Both the position numbers and the translations under genes were made by a program. The notes below the pieces were generated by a model. The model searched no databases and was not told the origin of the DNA. It was given only the letters and a program-made list of their open reading frames with translations. Shown piece after piece: positions 46,268-55,222 of a DNA stretch of 64,000 bases. Position 1 is the stretch's first letter. The number at the start of each line of letters is the position of its first letter. Source of the stretch: Pigmentiphaga sp. (lineage in GTDB: Bacteria; Pseudomonadota; Gammaproteobacteria; Burkholderiales; Burkholderiaceae_B); NCBI GenBank assembly GCA_023228945.1, contig JALOAI010000027.1, positions 542 through 64,541 on the forward strand, read 5' to 3'.

Positions 46268-47527
46268 ATGAAATCCCTCGCAGTCATCGGTGGTGGCATC
46301 ACGGGTGTTACCACGGCCTACGCGCTCGTCCGGCGCGGATTCGACGTCACCTTGTTCGAGCGGCATCGCTACGCCGCCATGGAAACCTCGTTCGCCAATG
46401 GCGGGCAACTGTCGGCCTCCAACGCCGAGGTATGGAACCACCCCTCGACCCTGCTCAAAGGCATCAAGTGGATGCTCAAGAGCGACGCGCCGCTGCTGGT
46501 CAACCCCAAGCCCAGCTGGCACAAGCTGTCGTGGTTCGCGGAATTCATCGCCAAGCTGCCGCAATATGAACGCAACACCGTGGAAACCGCGCGCCTGGCC
46601 ATCGTGGCACGGCAGCATTTGTTTTCCTGGGCCGAAGCCGAGGGCATCGATTTCGACCTGAAGCGCGAAGGGATCCTGCACATCTATCGCGACAAGGCCG
46701 GCTTCGACCACGCCGCGCGGGTGTCGCAGTTGCTGGCTCGTGGCGGGCTCGAGCGGCGTGCCGTCACGCCATCCGAAATGCGCCAGATCGAGCCGACGCT
46801 GGCGGGCGATTACTACGGTGGTTACTACACCGAGAGCGATTCCACCGGCGACATCCATCGCTTCACCATGGGTCTGGCGGCGGCCGCCGCCAGATTGGGC
46901 GTCGCTTGCCGCTACGATCAAGACGTCCGGGAAGTGCGCCGCGACGGCGGGCGGATTACCGTGGCCGTCGGGGCGGGCGATGGCCTGGCGCGCTCATCCT
47001 TCGATGGGGTCGTGATCTGCGCCGGTACGGCCAGCCGCGCACTGGCGGCCAGCCTTGGCGATCGGGTGAATGTCTACCCCGTAAAGGGCTACTCCATCAC
47101 GGTCAACCTCGAAGACGAAGCCAGCCGGCTGGCCGCGCCCAACGTCAGCCTGCTCGACGACGAAACCAAATTGGTCAGCAGCCGGCTGGGGCCCGATCGC
47201 TTCCGCGTGGCGGGCACGGCCGAATTCAACGGCTTCAATCGCGACATCCGCGCCGACCGCATCCGGCCGCTGGTGGAATGGGTGCAGCATTGCTTCCCGG
47301 GCGTCAACACGCACAACGTGGTGCCCTGGGCCGGCTTGCGCCCCATGATGCCCGACATGATGCCGCGAGTGGGGCGTGGCCGGGCGCCGGGGGTGTTCTA
47401 CAACACCGGGCATGGCCATTTGGGCTGGACATTGTCCGCCGCCACCGCGGATCTGGTTGCGGAGGTGGTGCAAGGCACCATGGAGCAGCCGGCGGTGCCG
47501 GTGCGCCAGCCGGCGGTGGCGGGGTAG
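46268..47527 (+). CDS. FAD-dependent D-amino-acid dehydrogenase-family oxidoreductase (DadA-like)
   Basis: MKSLAVIGGGITGVTTAYALVRRGFDVTLFE is a GxGxxG FAD fold. ...FNTGHGHLGWTL is the C-terminal DadA motif. GGAG lies 9 nt upstream. Confidence 0.85.
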   Translation: MKSLAVIGGGITGVTTAYALVRRGFDVTLFERHRYAAMETSFANGGQLSASNAEVWNHPSTLLKGIKWMLKSDAPLLVNPKPSWHKLSWFAEFIAKLPQYERNTVETARLAIVARQHLFSWAEAEGIDFDLKREGILHIYRDKAGFDHAARVSQLLARGGLERRAVTPSEMRQIEPTLAGDYYGGYYTESDSTGDIHRFTMGLAAAAARLGVACRYDQDVREVRRDGGRITVAVGAGDGLARSSFDGVVICAGTASRALAASLGDRVNVYPVKGYSITVNLEDEASRLAAPNVSLLDDETKLVSSRLGPDRFRVAGTAEFNGFNRDIRADRIRPLVEWVQHCFPGVNTHNVVPWAGLRPMMPDMMPRVGRGRAPGVFYNTGHGHLGWTLSAATADLVAEVVQGTMEQPAVPVRQPAVAG

Positions 47528-47608
47528 CTTCCATTTCGGGGCCGACGCTTGGCGGCCTGGCCCGGAGCAAGCGCCATCGCGCCTTACGGGAACGTACGCC
47601 GCCCGTTT

Positions 47609-48742
47609 TCAGCCCTGGGCGCCGCGGTTTCGGGCGCCGAGCGACAGGCAGGCTTGCAGGACCGCCACCCGGCTTTGGGCCGCCACCATGCCGCGCCAGG
47701 TGTCGTCATCCTGGTAGAACGCTGCCACCATGTCCTGACGGATGCGGTCGGCCAGGTCGGGGGGGGCCTCGGGATGGCCATGCAACCAGTGATCACCGCG
47801 CACCGCATCGAGGAAATTCTCATAGGGTACGGTGCCGAACTCCAGGGCGATGCTGAGCAACTCGGTGTCGGGACATTCCTCCTGCGCGCTCAAGGTCAGG
47901 AAGCCGAGTACTTGCTCCGAAGCCGAGCCGCCCTCCCACGCCGCCACGACGTCGGCGCCCCAGGTGGCGCGACCGGCGGCCAGGGCCGTCGCGTTGGGCG
48001 GGCCGGCGTGGATTTTTTCGCCGTGCCCCCAGGGGCCGAGACCGGTGTGCAGGTCGACCCAGGCCAGAGCAGGCCGTGCGGCGGCATGGCGGCGCAAAAG
48101 ATCGCGTACCACCCGGTTGCTCCAGGTGGGTCGGTTGCCCGCATAGAACATGCCATCCGGGTGGTTGCGCTGGCCAGCGGTAACGGCTTGCCGATACGCC
48201 GCCGCGCCATGCTGCGCAATATAGGCCTGGAGGGCCTGGGTGACCTCGTGAGCGGGCGGCCAAGTGGCCGGCAGCAGAAGGTCATGCAGGTCGGCATACG
48301 CCAGGTTGGCGTCGCGCGGTGGCGCCGCGAAATCGAGGAAGTTGCGGTTAAGGTCGACGTTGTCCTCGTTGGCGCGGCGCCAATAGGAGAAGCCGTGGGG
48401 ATTGAGCGCATGCAGAAACAGCAGATCGACCCCCTGGCGCGAAGCCTTGGCCAGGAGATCGGCGTCGTTGAGCATCGCGACTTGGCAACCCGAGCCGCAG
48501 ATCCCCTCGACGCCATGGATTCCGGAAGACACCACGACCAGGGGACCGCCAGGCTGTTCGCTGGGCAGCAGGGCGGCGTCCAGCGCCAGCTCCTCTCCCT
48601 CGCGGCCCAGGTGGCCGGGCAGGACATGATGCTCCAGCGTGGCGGTAGCCTGGCTGGCAACGCGCAGGAAGTTGGCGCGGGCCTGCGCATAGCTGGGGCT
48701 GAAGTCCGCCTGGGGGCGGGGCGCGGCGAAAGCGGGGCTCAT
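47609..48742 (-). CDS. DUF2817/M14-like zinc carboxypeptidase-fold protein
   Basis: VVVSSGIHGVEG...LHALNPHGFSYWRRANEDNVDLNRNF matches the M14/succinylglutamate-desuccinylase-like zinc-site layout (HxxE ... NRNF). Confidence 0.7.
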   Translation of the reverse strand: MSPAFAAPRPQADFSPSYAQARANFLRVASQATATLEHHVLPGHLGREGEELALDAALLPSEQPGGPLVVVSSGIHGVEGICGSGCQVAMLNDADLLAKASRQGVDLLFLHALNPHGFSYWRRANEDNVDLNRNFLDFAAPPRDANLAYADLHDLLLPATWPPAHEVTQALQAYIAQHGAAAYRQAVTAGQRNHPDGMFYAGNRPTWSNRVVRDLLRRHAAARPALAWVDLHTGLGPWGHGEKIHAGPPNATALAAGRATWGADVVAAWEGGSASEQVLGFLTLSAQEECPDTELLSIALEFGTVPYENFLDAVRGDHWLHGHPEAPPDLADRIRQDMVAAFYQDDDTWRGMVAAQSRVAVLQACLSLGARNRGAQG

Positions 48743-49731
48743 TGCGGCTGGAATCCGATTTTTTCGATGATGGAGGACCAGGTCTCCGAAGCCTGCCGGA
48801 TATTGCTCCGCACGCCGTCGGGACCGGTGTAGTCGGGCTCCATCCCCAGGGCGGCGAGTTTGTCGCGCAGGCCGGGATCCTGCAGCACGCGGCTCAAGGC
48901 GGTGTTGTAGCGCTGAATGACATCCTCGGGCGTACCGGCCGGCGCGAACAGAGACAGGAAGTTGGACAGCTCCAGTCCCTCGATGCCTTCCTCGATGAAG
49001 GTGGGGACATTGGGCAGTAGCGGCGAGCGTTCGGTTCCGGAGACGGCGATGATGCGGATGCCGCCCGCTTGCTCATGCTGTAGAAGTTCGCTCGGGGCCG
49101 TGATGCCGGCATGGATCTGGCCGGCGAGAAGGTCTAGGGCCATAGGAGCGCCGCCCCGATAAGCGATCGGGTTGGCCTCGATATCGAGTTTGTCGGCGAT
49201 CAGGTTCACGGCAAACTCGGGCACGCTGGCCGGCGCGGGTACGCCGACATTCGCCTGTTGCGCATTCTGGCGCGCCCAGGCGGCGAACTCCTGCAGATTG
49301 GTCGCCCGGGTGGACGGGTGGACGGCAAAGCCCATGGCGATCTGCGCGACATTGCCGATCGGCGCAAGATCCGCGGCGGGATCGAAGCCGGGGTCTTTGG
49401 TGGTGAGAGGGATGATGACCACCGTATGATCGTTGGAGAGGAACAGCGTCTGGCCGTCGGGCGCCGCTTGCGTTAGCGCTATGGCCGCGATCTTGCCGCC
49501 CGCACCGGCACGGTTTTCTACGATAAAGGGTTGGTTCAGTTCCCGACCCAGGGCATCGGCCAAATGACGAGCAACGGCGTCGACGCCGCCGCCGGGCGCG
49601 AAGCCGACCAGAATGCGCACCGGGGCGGAGGACGACTGGGCAAAGCAGGCGGTGCTGGCGGCCAGGCCGGTGGCGAGCGCCACGGTGTAGGCGCCGCGTT
49701 TCAGCCAGGAAAGGGGGGCAATGAAAGGCAT
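48739..49731 (-). CDS. Bug-family substrate-binding protein
   Basis: Signal peptide ...VALATGLAASTACFAQS, then PVRILVGFAPGGGVDAVARHLA...ENRAGAGGKIAA. Its stop overlaps the DUF2817 start (ATGA). Confidence 0.8.
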   Translation of the reverse strand: MPFIAPLSWLKRGAYTVALATGLAASTACFAQSSSAPVRILVGFAPGGGVDAVARHLADALGRELNQPFIVENRAGAGGKIAAIALTQAAPDGQTLFLSNDHTVVIIPLTTKDPGFDPAADLAPIGNVAQIAMGFAVHPSTRATNLQEFAAWARQNAQQANVGVPAPASVPEFAVNLIADKLDIEANPIAYRGGAPMALDLLAGQIHAGITAPSELLQHEQAGGIRIIAVSGTERSPLLPNVPTFIEEGIEGLELSNFLSLFAPAGTPEDVIQRYNTALSRVLQDPGLRDKLAALGMEPDYTGPDGVRSNIRQASETWSSIIEKIGFQPQ

Positions 49732-49893
49732 GGCGTATCCTCGGGTCCAGACGGGGTTGAAGGCAGAGCTGCGCGGCCGAGTGTAGGAAGCGAGGCAGAA
49801 AAACAAAAGACAAAAATCTAGGGGTATCGATAAAATTATTTATTCACCCTGGTCATGCGGTGTCACAGATGCGGGCAAGGCCCGGGAGGGTCC

Positions 49894-50829
49894 ATGAACG
49901 GAGAGCCACAAGATTCTGGCCAGCGGCCGAAGTTGAACCTGAACCATCTGGCTGTTTTCCAGGTGGTTGCCGATTGCGGCAGCATCCGCGCGGCGGCGCG
50001 CCAGCTTGGTTTCACGCAGCCGGCCGTGACCTATGTGATGCGCGAACTGGAGCGCAGTGCCGGAGCCGAACTGCTGCATCGGGGCAGCAAGGGTATCGTC
50101 CTCACCGAGCTGGGCGTGGCCTTGTATCGCCGGGCGCAATTGCTGCTCTCGGAAATGCGCCGAACCGAAGATGAGCTGGAACAACTGCGGGAGGGGATGG
50201 GCGGCAGCCTATGCGTGGCCTTCAGTTCGGGAGCGGCAATGCGTTTGATGGTGCCGACCCTGAATCGCTTTCGGCGCCTGCGCCCCGGTGTTCATCTTGA
50301 ACTGCACGAAATCACTGTCATCGGTTGGCAGAAGCCATGGCAAAGTGGTGTTTATGACCTTGCGGTCATCAGTGAGTTGGACGATGTCGAGTCCGACGAT
50401 GGGCTGCAGCGTCAGGTGCTGTTCACTTCGCCCATGGTGGTAACGGCGAGGGAGGGTCATCCGCTGGCGGGCGCCCGTTCGCTTCTCGACCTGCGTTCTT
50501 GTGCCTGGGTGATGCCTGGCTACGGGCCACAATTGATGGCCAGATTGCTGCGGCGACTGGGCGCCCCACCGCCGCAAGACCTGATACTTTGCCAGTCGCT
50601 GCAGTTTTCGTTATCCATCCTGCGAGGCTCGGATACGCTTACGCTCTATTCGAGCGCGCTGCATGAGGATCCCCTCGTGTTCGGCGGATTGGTGGGCATT
50701 CCGGTCCAGGAGTGCCTGCCTTCTTTGCGCGTCTCTTTGGTGGTGCGCAACCCGGCCTCGCTGACTCCCGCGGCCCGTTTGTTCATACAATGCCTTACCG
50801 AGGAGTCGATGGAGGTGGCGCAGCCTTGA
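49894..50829 (+). CDS. LysR-family transcriptional regulator
   Basis: LNLNHLAVFQVVADCGSIRAAARQLGFTQPAVTYVMRELERSAGAELLHRGSKGIVLTELG. Confidence 0.8.
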   Translation: MNGEPQDSGQRPKLNLNHLAVFQVVADCGSIRAAARQLGFTQPAVTYVMRELERSAGAELLHRGSKGIVLTELGVALYRRAQLLLSEMRRTEDELEQLREGMGGSLCVAFSSGAAMRLMVPTLNRFRRLRPGVHLELHEITVIGWQKPWQSGVYDLAVISELDDVESDDGLQRQVLFTSPMVVTAREGHPLAGARSLLDLRSCAWVMPGYGPQLMARLLRRLGAPPPQDLILCQSLQFSLSILRGSDTLTLYSSALHEDPLVFGGLVGIPVQECLPSLRVSLVVRNPASLTPAARLFIQCLTEESMEVAQP

Positions 50830-50845
50830 ATCGCCGCGACCTGCT

Positions 50846-51337
50846 TTAGTCGGTGTCCGTCGCCGGCTGGCCCGCGTAGCGGCCGAGATCGTCGAGCAGG
50901 CGGATCAGGTTATTCCCGCCAATGGCATCGGCCATCTCCTGCTGGGCCAGCGACACCGCCTCGCCGAAGGCGTCCAGCCACGCGAGGCCGCCCGGCGTGA
51001 AACGTACGATACGCACGCGCCTATCGGAAGGGTCGGCCACCCGCTCCACCAGGCCGAGCAGCACACATTGGTCGATGAGTTCCGTCATCGCGGCATTGGT
51101 CATCGCGGCACGGCGCGCCAATTCTGTGATGCGGGTACCGTCGAGATCGAGATGGCGCGTGAGGTTCACATGCGAGCGCCGCGTATGCGAGTGGCCCGCG
51201 GCGCTCATCAGTTCCATGACCCGTTCTTCGAACCGGTGTAGCGCGTTGCTGAGCGCCCGGCCGGGGTTGTGCGTACGCCAGCCGTAGGGCGGCGCATCGA
51301 GGGTGGCCGCCAGCGGGGAGTTTTGGCTTGCGTTCAT
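50846..51337 (-). CDS. MarR-family transcriptional regulator
   Basis: LTRHLDLDGTRITELARRAAMTNAAMTELIDQCVLLGLVERVADPSDRRVRIVRFTPGG is a winged helix. Only the last 163 codons of track ORF 50846..51703 are credited. Confidence 0.8.
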   Translation of the reverse strand: MNASQNSPLAATLDAPPYGWRTHNPGRALSNALHRFEERVMELMSAAGHSHTRRSHVNLTRHLDLDGTRITELARRAAMTNAAMTELIDQCVLLGLVERVADPSDRRVRIVRFTPGGLAWLDAFGEAVSLAQQEMADAIGGNNLIRLLDDLGRYAGQPATDTD

Positions 51338-51389
51338 GAATATGCTTTGGTAGCCTAAGTAAATCCACTTAACCCAATAAGGATAGCGG

Positions 51390-53147
51390 ATGTCTGAGGA
51401 GAACCAAACCGCCAGGGTCGGCCACGCGGCAGCCGCGCAAACGCCACGGAGCAGCGCCGGCCGGGGGGCTGGCGTGATGCAAACGGATGTTCTGATCGCT
51501 GGCGGCGGGCCTTGCGGCCTGATGCTGGCCAATGAACTGGGCCGTCGCGGCATCCGCTGCCTCCTGGTCGATGCCAAACCCGATACTGCGTTCAATCCGC
51601 AGGCCAACGCCACGCAGGCGCGAACCATGGAACATTTTCGCCGGCTGGGGTTCGCGCACGAGATCCGCGCCTTGGGACTGCCTGCCGACCACCCCACGGA
51701 CATCGCCTACTTTACGCGTTATGCGGAGCACGAGCTGGCGCGCATCGAACTGCCTACGGCGGCCGAGGCCACGGTCAAGATCCGGAGTCTGGGGGGGTCA
51801 TGGAGCGCGGCGGAGTTGCCGCACCGGGTGTCGCAGAAGTTTGTCGAGGCCGCCATGCGCCGCCATGCGCAATCCTGGCCGGCGGCCGACGTGCGCTATG
51901 GCTGGACGCTGGAGCAGTTCACCCAGGACGAAAACGGCGTAAGCGCCGTCGTGCGGCCTACCGAGGGCGGCGAGGCGGTTGCGGTGCGCGCCGCCTTCCT
52001 GGTGGGGGCGGACGGGGCCCGCAGCTTCGTGCGCCGCGAACTCGACATCGAATGGGGCGGAGAAACCGGCATCCGGCGGCAGTTCATGGGTGGCAAGATG
52101 TTCGCCGTCTACCTGCGCGCGCCCCACTTCCTCTCTGTTCTGCAACATCCCAGGGCCTGGATGTATGTGGCCGTCAATCATCAGCGCCGGGCTTTCATGG
52201 CATCGGTGGATGGCAAGTCGGAGTACGCTTTCCATGCCGCGCTGCACCCGGGCGAGGACGCCGACAACTGGACGGAAGCAGACGCACGCCGCGTATTCTG
52301 CGAAGCGGTGGGTCGCGAAGTGCCCATCGAGATCCTGTCCATGGGGACGTGGTTGGCCGGACATGCCCTGGTGGCGCGGCGCTTCCAGCACGGCCGCGTC
52401 TTCATCGCGGGCGATGCCGCGCATTTGTTCACTCCCACGGGAGGGCTGGGCTACAACACGGCCGTCGAAGACGCCGTCAATCTGGCCTGGAAGCTGGCCA
52501 GCGTGGTGCGCGGCGTGGCGCCGCTCGGCCTGCTCGATAGCTATGAGGCCGAGCGCAAGCCGCTGGCCGAGCGCAACACGGGCTACGCGCGCCATTTTGC
52601 CGACTCCGTGGGCCTGTTCGCGGCCTTGCCGGAGCTGGATGAGGATTCGCCGTGTGGCCAGGCGGCGCGCGAGCAGGCGGCGGAGCACTTGAACCGGCAC
52701 GCGCGGCTGGAGTTCAATATTCCGGGAGTCACATTCGGAGGCCGCTACGATGGCTCGCCCATCATCGTTGCCGACGGCGCCCCGTTGCCGCCCGACCAGG
52801 CCAATGTGTACGTGCCAACCGCAAGCCCCGGCGGGCGTCCGCCGCATGCCTGGCTCGAAGATGGGCGATCGTTGTTCGATTTGTTCCATCGCGAGTGGAC
52901 GCTGCTAGCCCTGGGCGAGGCGCCACCCGCCACGGAGCCGTTCGAGCGGGCGGCGGGCGAACTCGGCCTGGACCTGCAGGTGGTACGCTTGCCCGACCCT
53001 TCCCTTCCAGCCTTGTATGAAGCGCCACTGGCCCTGATCCGGCCGGATCAGATCGTTGCCTGGCGCGGTGCGGATGCCGATGGCGCGCTGGCCGTACTGG
53101 CGCAGTCGATCGGCCGCGCGGATACGATGCCGATAGACCATCGTTAA
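51390..53147 (+). CDS. FAD-dependent aromatic-ring monooxygenase (PheA/TfdB-type phenol hydroxylase family)
   Basis: DVLIAGGGPCGLMLANELGRRGI (GxGxxG), GRVFIAGDAAHLFTPTGGLGYNTAVEDAVNLAWKL (DG/GD motifs). An alternative start is ATG 51477. Confidence 0.85.
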   Translation: MSEENQTARVGHAAAAQTPRSSAGRGAGVMQTDVLIAGGGPCGLMLANELGRRGIRCLLVDAKPDTAFNPQANATQARTMEHFRRLGFAHEIRALGLPADHPTDIAYFTRYAEHELARIELPTAAEATVKIRSLGGSWSAAELPHRVSQKFVEAAMRRHAQSWPAADVRYGWTLEQFTQDENGVSAVVRPTEGGEAVAVRAAFLVGADGARSFVRRELDIEWGGETGIRRQFMGGKMFAVYLRAPHFLSVLQHPRAWMYVAVNHQRRAFMASVDGKSEYAFHAALHPGEDADNWTEADARRVFCEAVGREVPIEILSMGTWLAGHALVARRFQHGRVFIAGDAAHLFTPTGGLGYNTAVEDAVNLAWKLASVVRGVAPLGLLDSYEAERKPLAERNTGYARHFADSVGLFAALPELDEDSPCGQAAREQAAEHLNRHARLEFNIPGVTFGGRYDGSPIIVADGAPLPPDQANVYVPTASPGGRPPHAWLEDGRSLFDLFHREWTLLALGEAPPATEPFERAAGELGLDLQVVRLPDPSLPALYEAPLALIRPDQIVAWRGADADGALAVLAQSIGRADTMPIDHR

Positions 53148-53160
53148 CCAGGAGAGCACG

Positions 53161-54009
53161 ATGATCAATCTCGACCACCACACCATTACCGAAGCCGTGC
53201 TGGCGCGCCAGGCGGGCATGGCCGACCCTCGCCTGCGCGAGATCCTGGACAGCCTGGTGAAGCACCTGCACGCGTTTGCGCGCGAGGTGCATCTCACCGA
53301 GGCGGAATGGTTCCAGGGCATCGAGTTCCTCACCCGCTGTGGGCACATCACCGACGACAAACGCCAGGAGTTCATCCTGCTCTCGGACGTGCTGGGTCTC
53401 TCGATGCTCACGGTGGCGCAGAACCACGACAAGCCGGCGGGCTGTACCGAGGCCACGGTGTTCGGGCCCTTTCATGTGGAAGGCGCGCCGCACTACGAAC
53501 TGGGCGCCGACATCGCCAACGGCGCCCAGGGCATCGCCTGCCTGGTGCGCGGCACGGTGCGCGGCATCGATGGCGAACCGGTGGCCAATGCGATGCTCGA
53601 CGTCTGGCAGTCCGACGAGGCGGGGCTCTACGACGTGCAGAAGCCCGGGCTGGAGCAGGCGCAGGCCAGAGGTATCCTGCATACCGATGCGCAGGGACGC
53701 TTCCATTTCCGTTCCATCCTGGCCGTGCCCTACGCCATTCCGCACGATGGCCCGGTGGGCGATCTGCTCACGGCAACGGGCCGCCATCCCTGGCGGCCGG
53801 CGCACCTGCACTTCATGATCCAGGCGCCGGGCTACGAAACGCTGATCACCCACGTGTTTCGCCGTGACGATCCCTACCTGGAGGCCGACGCCGTCTTTGG
53901 CGTGCGCCAGTCGCTGATCGCCGACTGGCTGCCCCAGGAGGATGGCACTTATCTGGTGGAGTACGATTTCGTGCTCCATCCCCAGGGCGGCACGGCCAAA
54001 GCGGAGTGA
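53161..54009 (+). CDS. hydroxyquinol 1,2-dioxygenase (intradiol dioxygenase)
   Basis: GPFHVEGAP...VWQSDEAGLYD...GRFHFRSILAVPYAIPHDGPVG...GRHPWRPAHLHFMI. The intradiol Fe ligands Y,Y,H,H are in context. Confidence 0.85.
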   Translation: MINLDHHTITEAVLARQAGMADPRLREILDSLVKHLHAFAREVHLTEAEWFQGIEFLTRCGHITDDKRQEFILLSDVLGLSMLTVAQNHDKPAGCTEATVFGPFHVEGAPHYELGADIANGAQGIACLVRGTVRGIDGEPVANAMLDVWQSDEAGLYDVQKPGLEQAQARGILHTDAQGRFHFRSILAVPYAIPHDGPVGDLLTATGRHPWRPAHLHFMIQAPGYETLITHVFRRDDPYLEADAVFGVRQSLIADWLPQEDGTYLVEYDFVLHPQGGTAKAE

Positions 54010-54014
54010 GTCAG

Positions 54015-55088
54015 ATGAAGGACTTCATTTATCAAGGCCAGCCTTCGCGGGTGGTGTTTGGCGCCGGTTCGCTGGCCCACCTCGAGCGCGAGATCGAACG
54101 GCTGGGCGCGCGGCGCGCGCTGGTGCTCTCCACGCCCGGGCAGCGCGCGCAGGCCGAAGCGGTTGCCGAGCGACTGGGCGGGCGCGCCGCGGGCGTGTTT
54201 GCCCGCGCCGTGATGCACGTGCCGATCGAGACGGCCCGAGAGGCGCGTGAAGAGGCCCGCCGGCTGGGCGCCGATTGTGCAGTGGCCATCGGCGGCGGCT
54301 CAACCACTGGCCTGGGCAAGGCCATCGCGCTGGAGTCGGGTCTGCCCATCCTGGCGATCCCCACCACCTATGCCGGCAGTGAGATGACGCCGATCTTCGG
54401 CATCACCGAGGCGGGCCTGAAGAAGACCGGTCGCGACGCGCGGGTGCTGCCGCGCACGGTGATCTACGACCCGGAGCTGACGGTGGGCCTGCCGGTGGGG
54501 CTGAGCGTGACCAGCGGCATCAATGCCATCGCGCATGCCGCCGAGGGCCTGTATGCCCGCGATGGCAATCCGGTGATGGATCTCATGGCCGCCGAGGGCA
54601 TTCGCGCCCTGGCGCATGCGCTGCCGGCGATCCGCGCGCGCGGCGACGATCTCGAGGCTCGCGGCGCGGCTTTGTACGGCGCCTGGCTATGCGGCAGCGT
54701 GCTGGGCAATGTGGGCATGGCCCTGCACCACAAGTTGTGCCACACACTGGGCGGCAGCTTCGATCTGCCGCATGCCGACGTGCACACGGTGGTGCTGCCT
54801 CAGGCACTGGCCTTCAATGCCTCGGCGGCGCCCGATGCCATGGCGCGCATGGCCGAGGCGCTGGGCGCGGCGGGCCGCAGCGCGGCGGCGGCCGTCTTCG
54901 ACCTGGCGCGCGACAACGGCGCGCCCGTGGCGCTGCGTGAGCTCGGCATGCGCGAGGCCGACCTGGACCGCGCCGCCGAGATCGCGGTGAGCAATCCCTA
55001 CTGGAATCCGCGGCCCATCGGGGCGGAGCAGCGGGGAGAGATCCGGGCGTTGTTGCAGGATGCCTACGAGGGTGCGCGGCCGGCCTAA
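54015..55088 (+). CDS. maleylacetate reductase (iron-containing alcohol dehydrogenase fold)
   Basis: FIYQGQPSRVVFGAGS...AIGGGSTTGLGKAIA...IPTTYAGSEMT...HHKLCHTLGG. Confidence 0.85.
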   Translation: MKDFIYQGQPSRVVFGAGSLAHLEREIERLGARRALVLSTPGQRAQAEAVAERLGGRAAGVFARAVMHVPIETAREAREEARRLGADCAVAIGGGSTTGLGKAIALESGLPILAIPTTYAGSEMTPIFGITEAGLKKTGRDARVLPRTVIYDPELTVGLPVGLSVTSGINAIAHAAEGLYARDGNPVMDLMAAEGIRALAHALPAIRARGDDLEARGAALYGAWLCGSVLGNVGMALHHKLCHTLGGSFDLPHADVHTVVLPQALAFNASAAPDAMARMAEALGAAGRSAAAAVFDLARDNGAPVALRELGMREADLDRAAEIAVSNPYWNPRPIGAEQRGEIRALLQDAYEGARPA

Positions 55089-55222
55089 ACCAGACTAGCC
55101 GGCGTCACGACCGTACCGAATGTGCAGGCAAAAACGTCGGGGTGGCCATTCGCCTTGCGGGGTCGCCCTAGGGCATGGCGGCCCGCCGTGGGTGGGCGGG
55201 CCCCCGTTATGCCGGGCGGTTT

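Noticed and set aside
55140-55222. GC hairpin (GCCCGCC-gtgggt-GGCGGGC) between the convergent maleylacetate reductase and receptor genes, as a possible bidirectional terminator
   Set aside because: There is no adjacent T-tract on either strand. It may still be a Rho-dependent or structural element, but it is not supportable as an intrinsic terminator.
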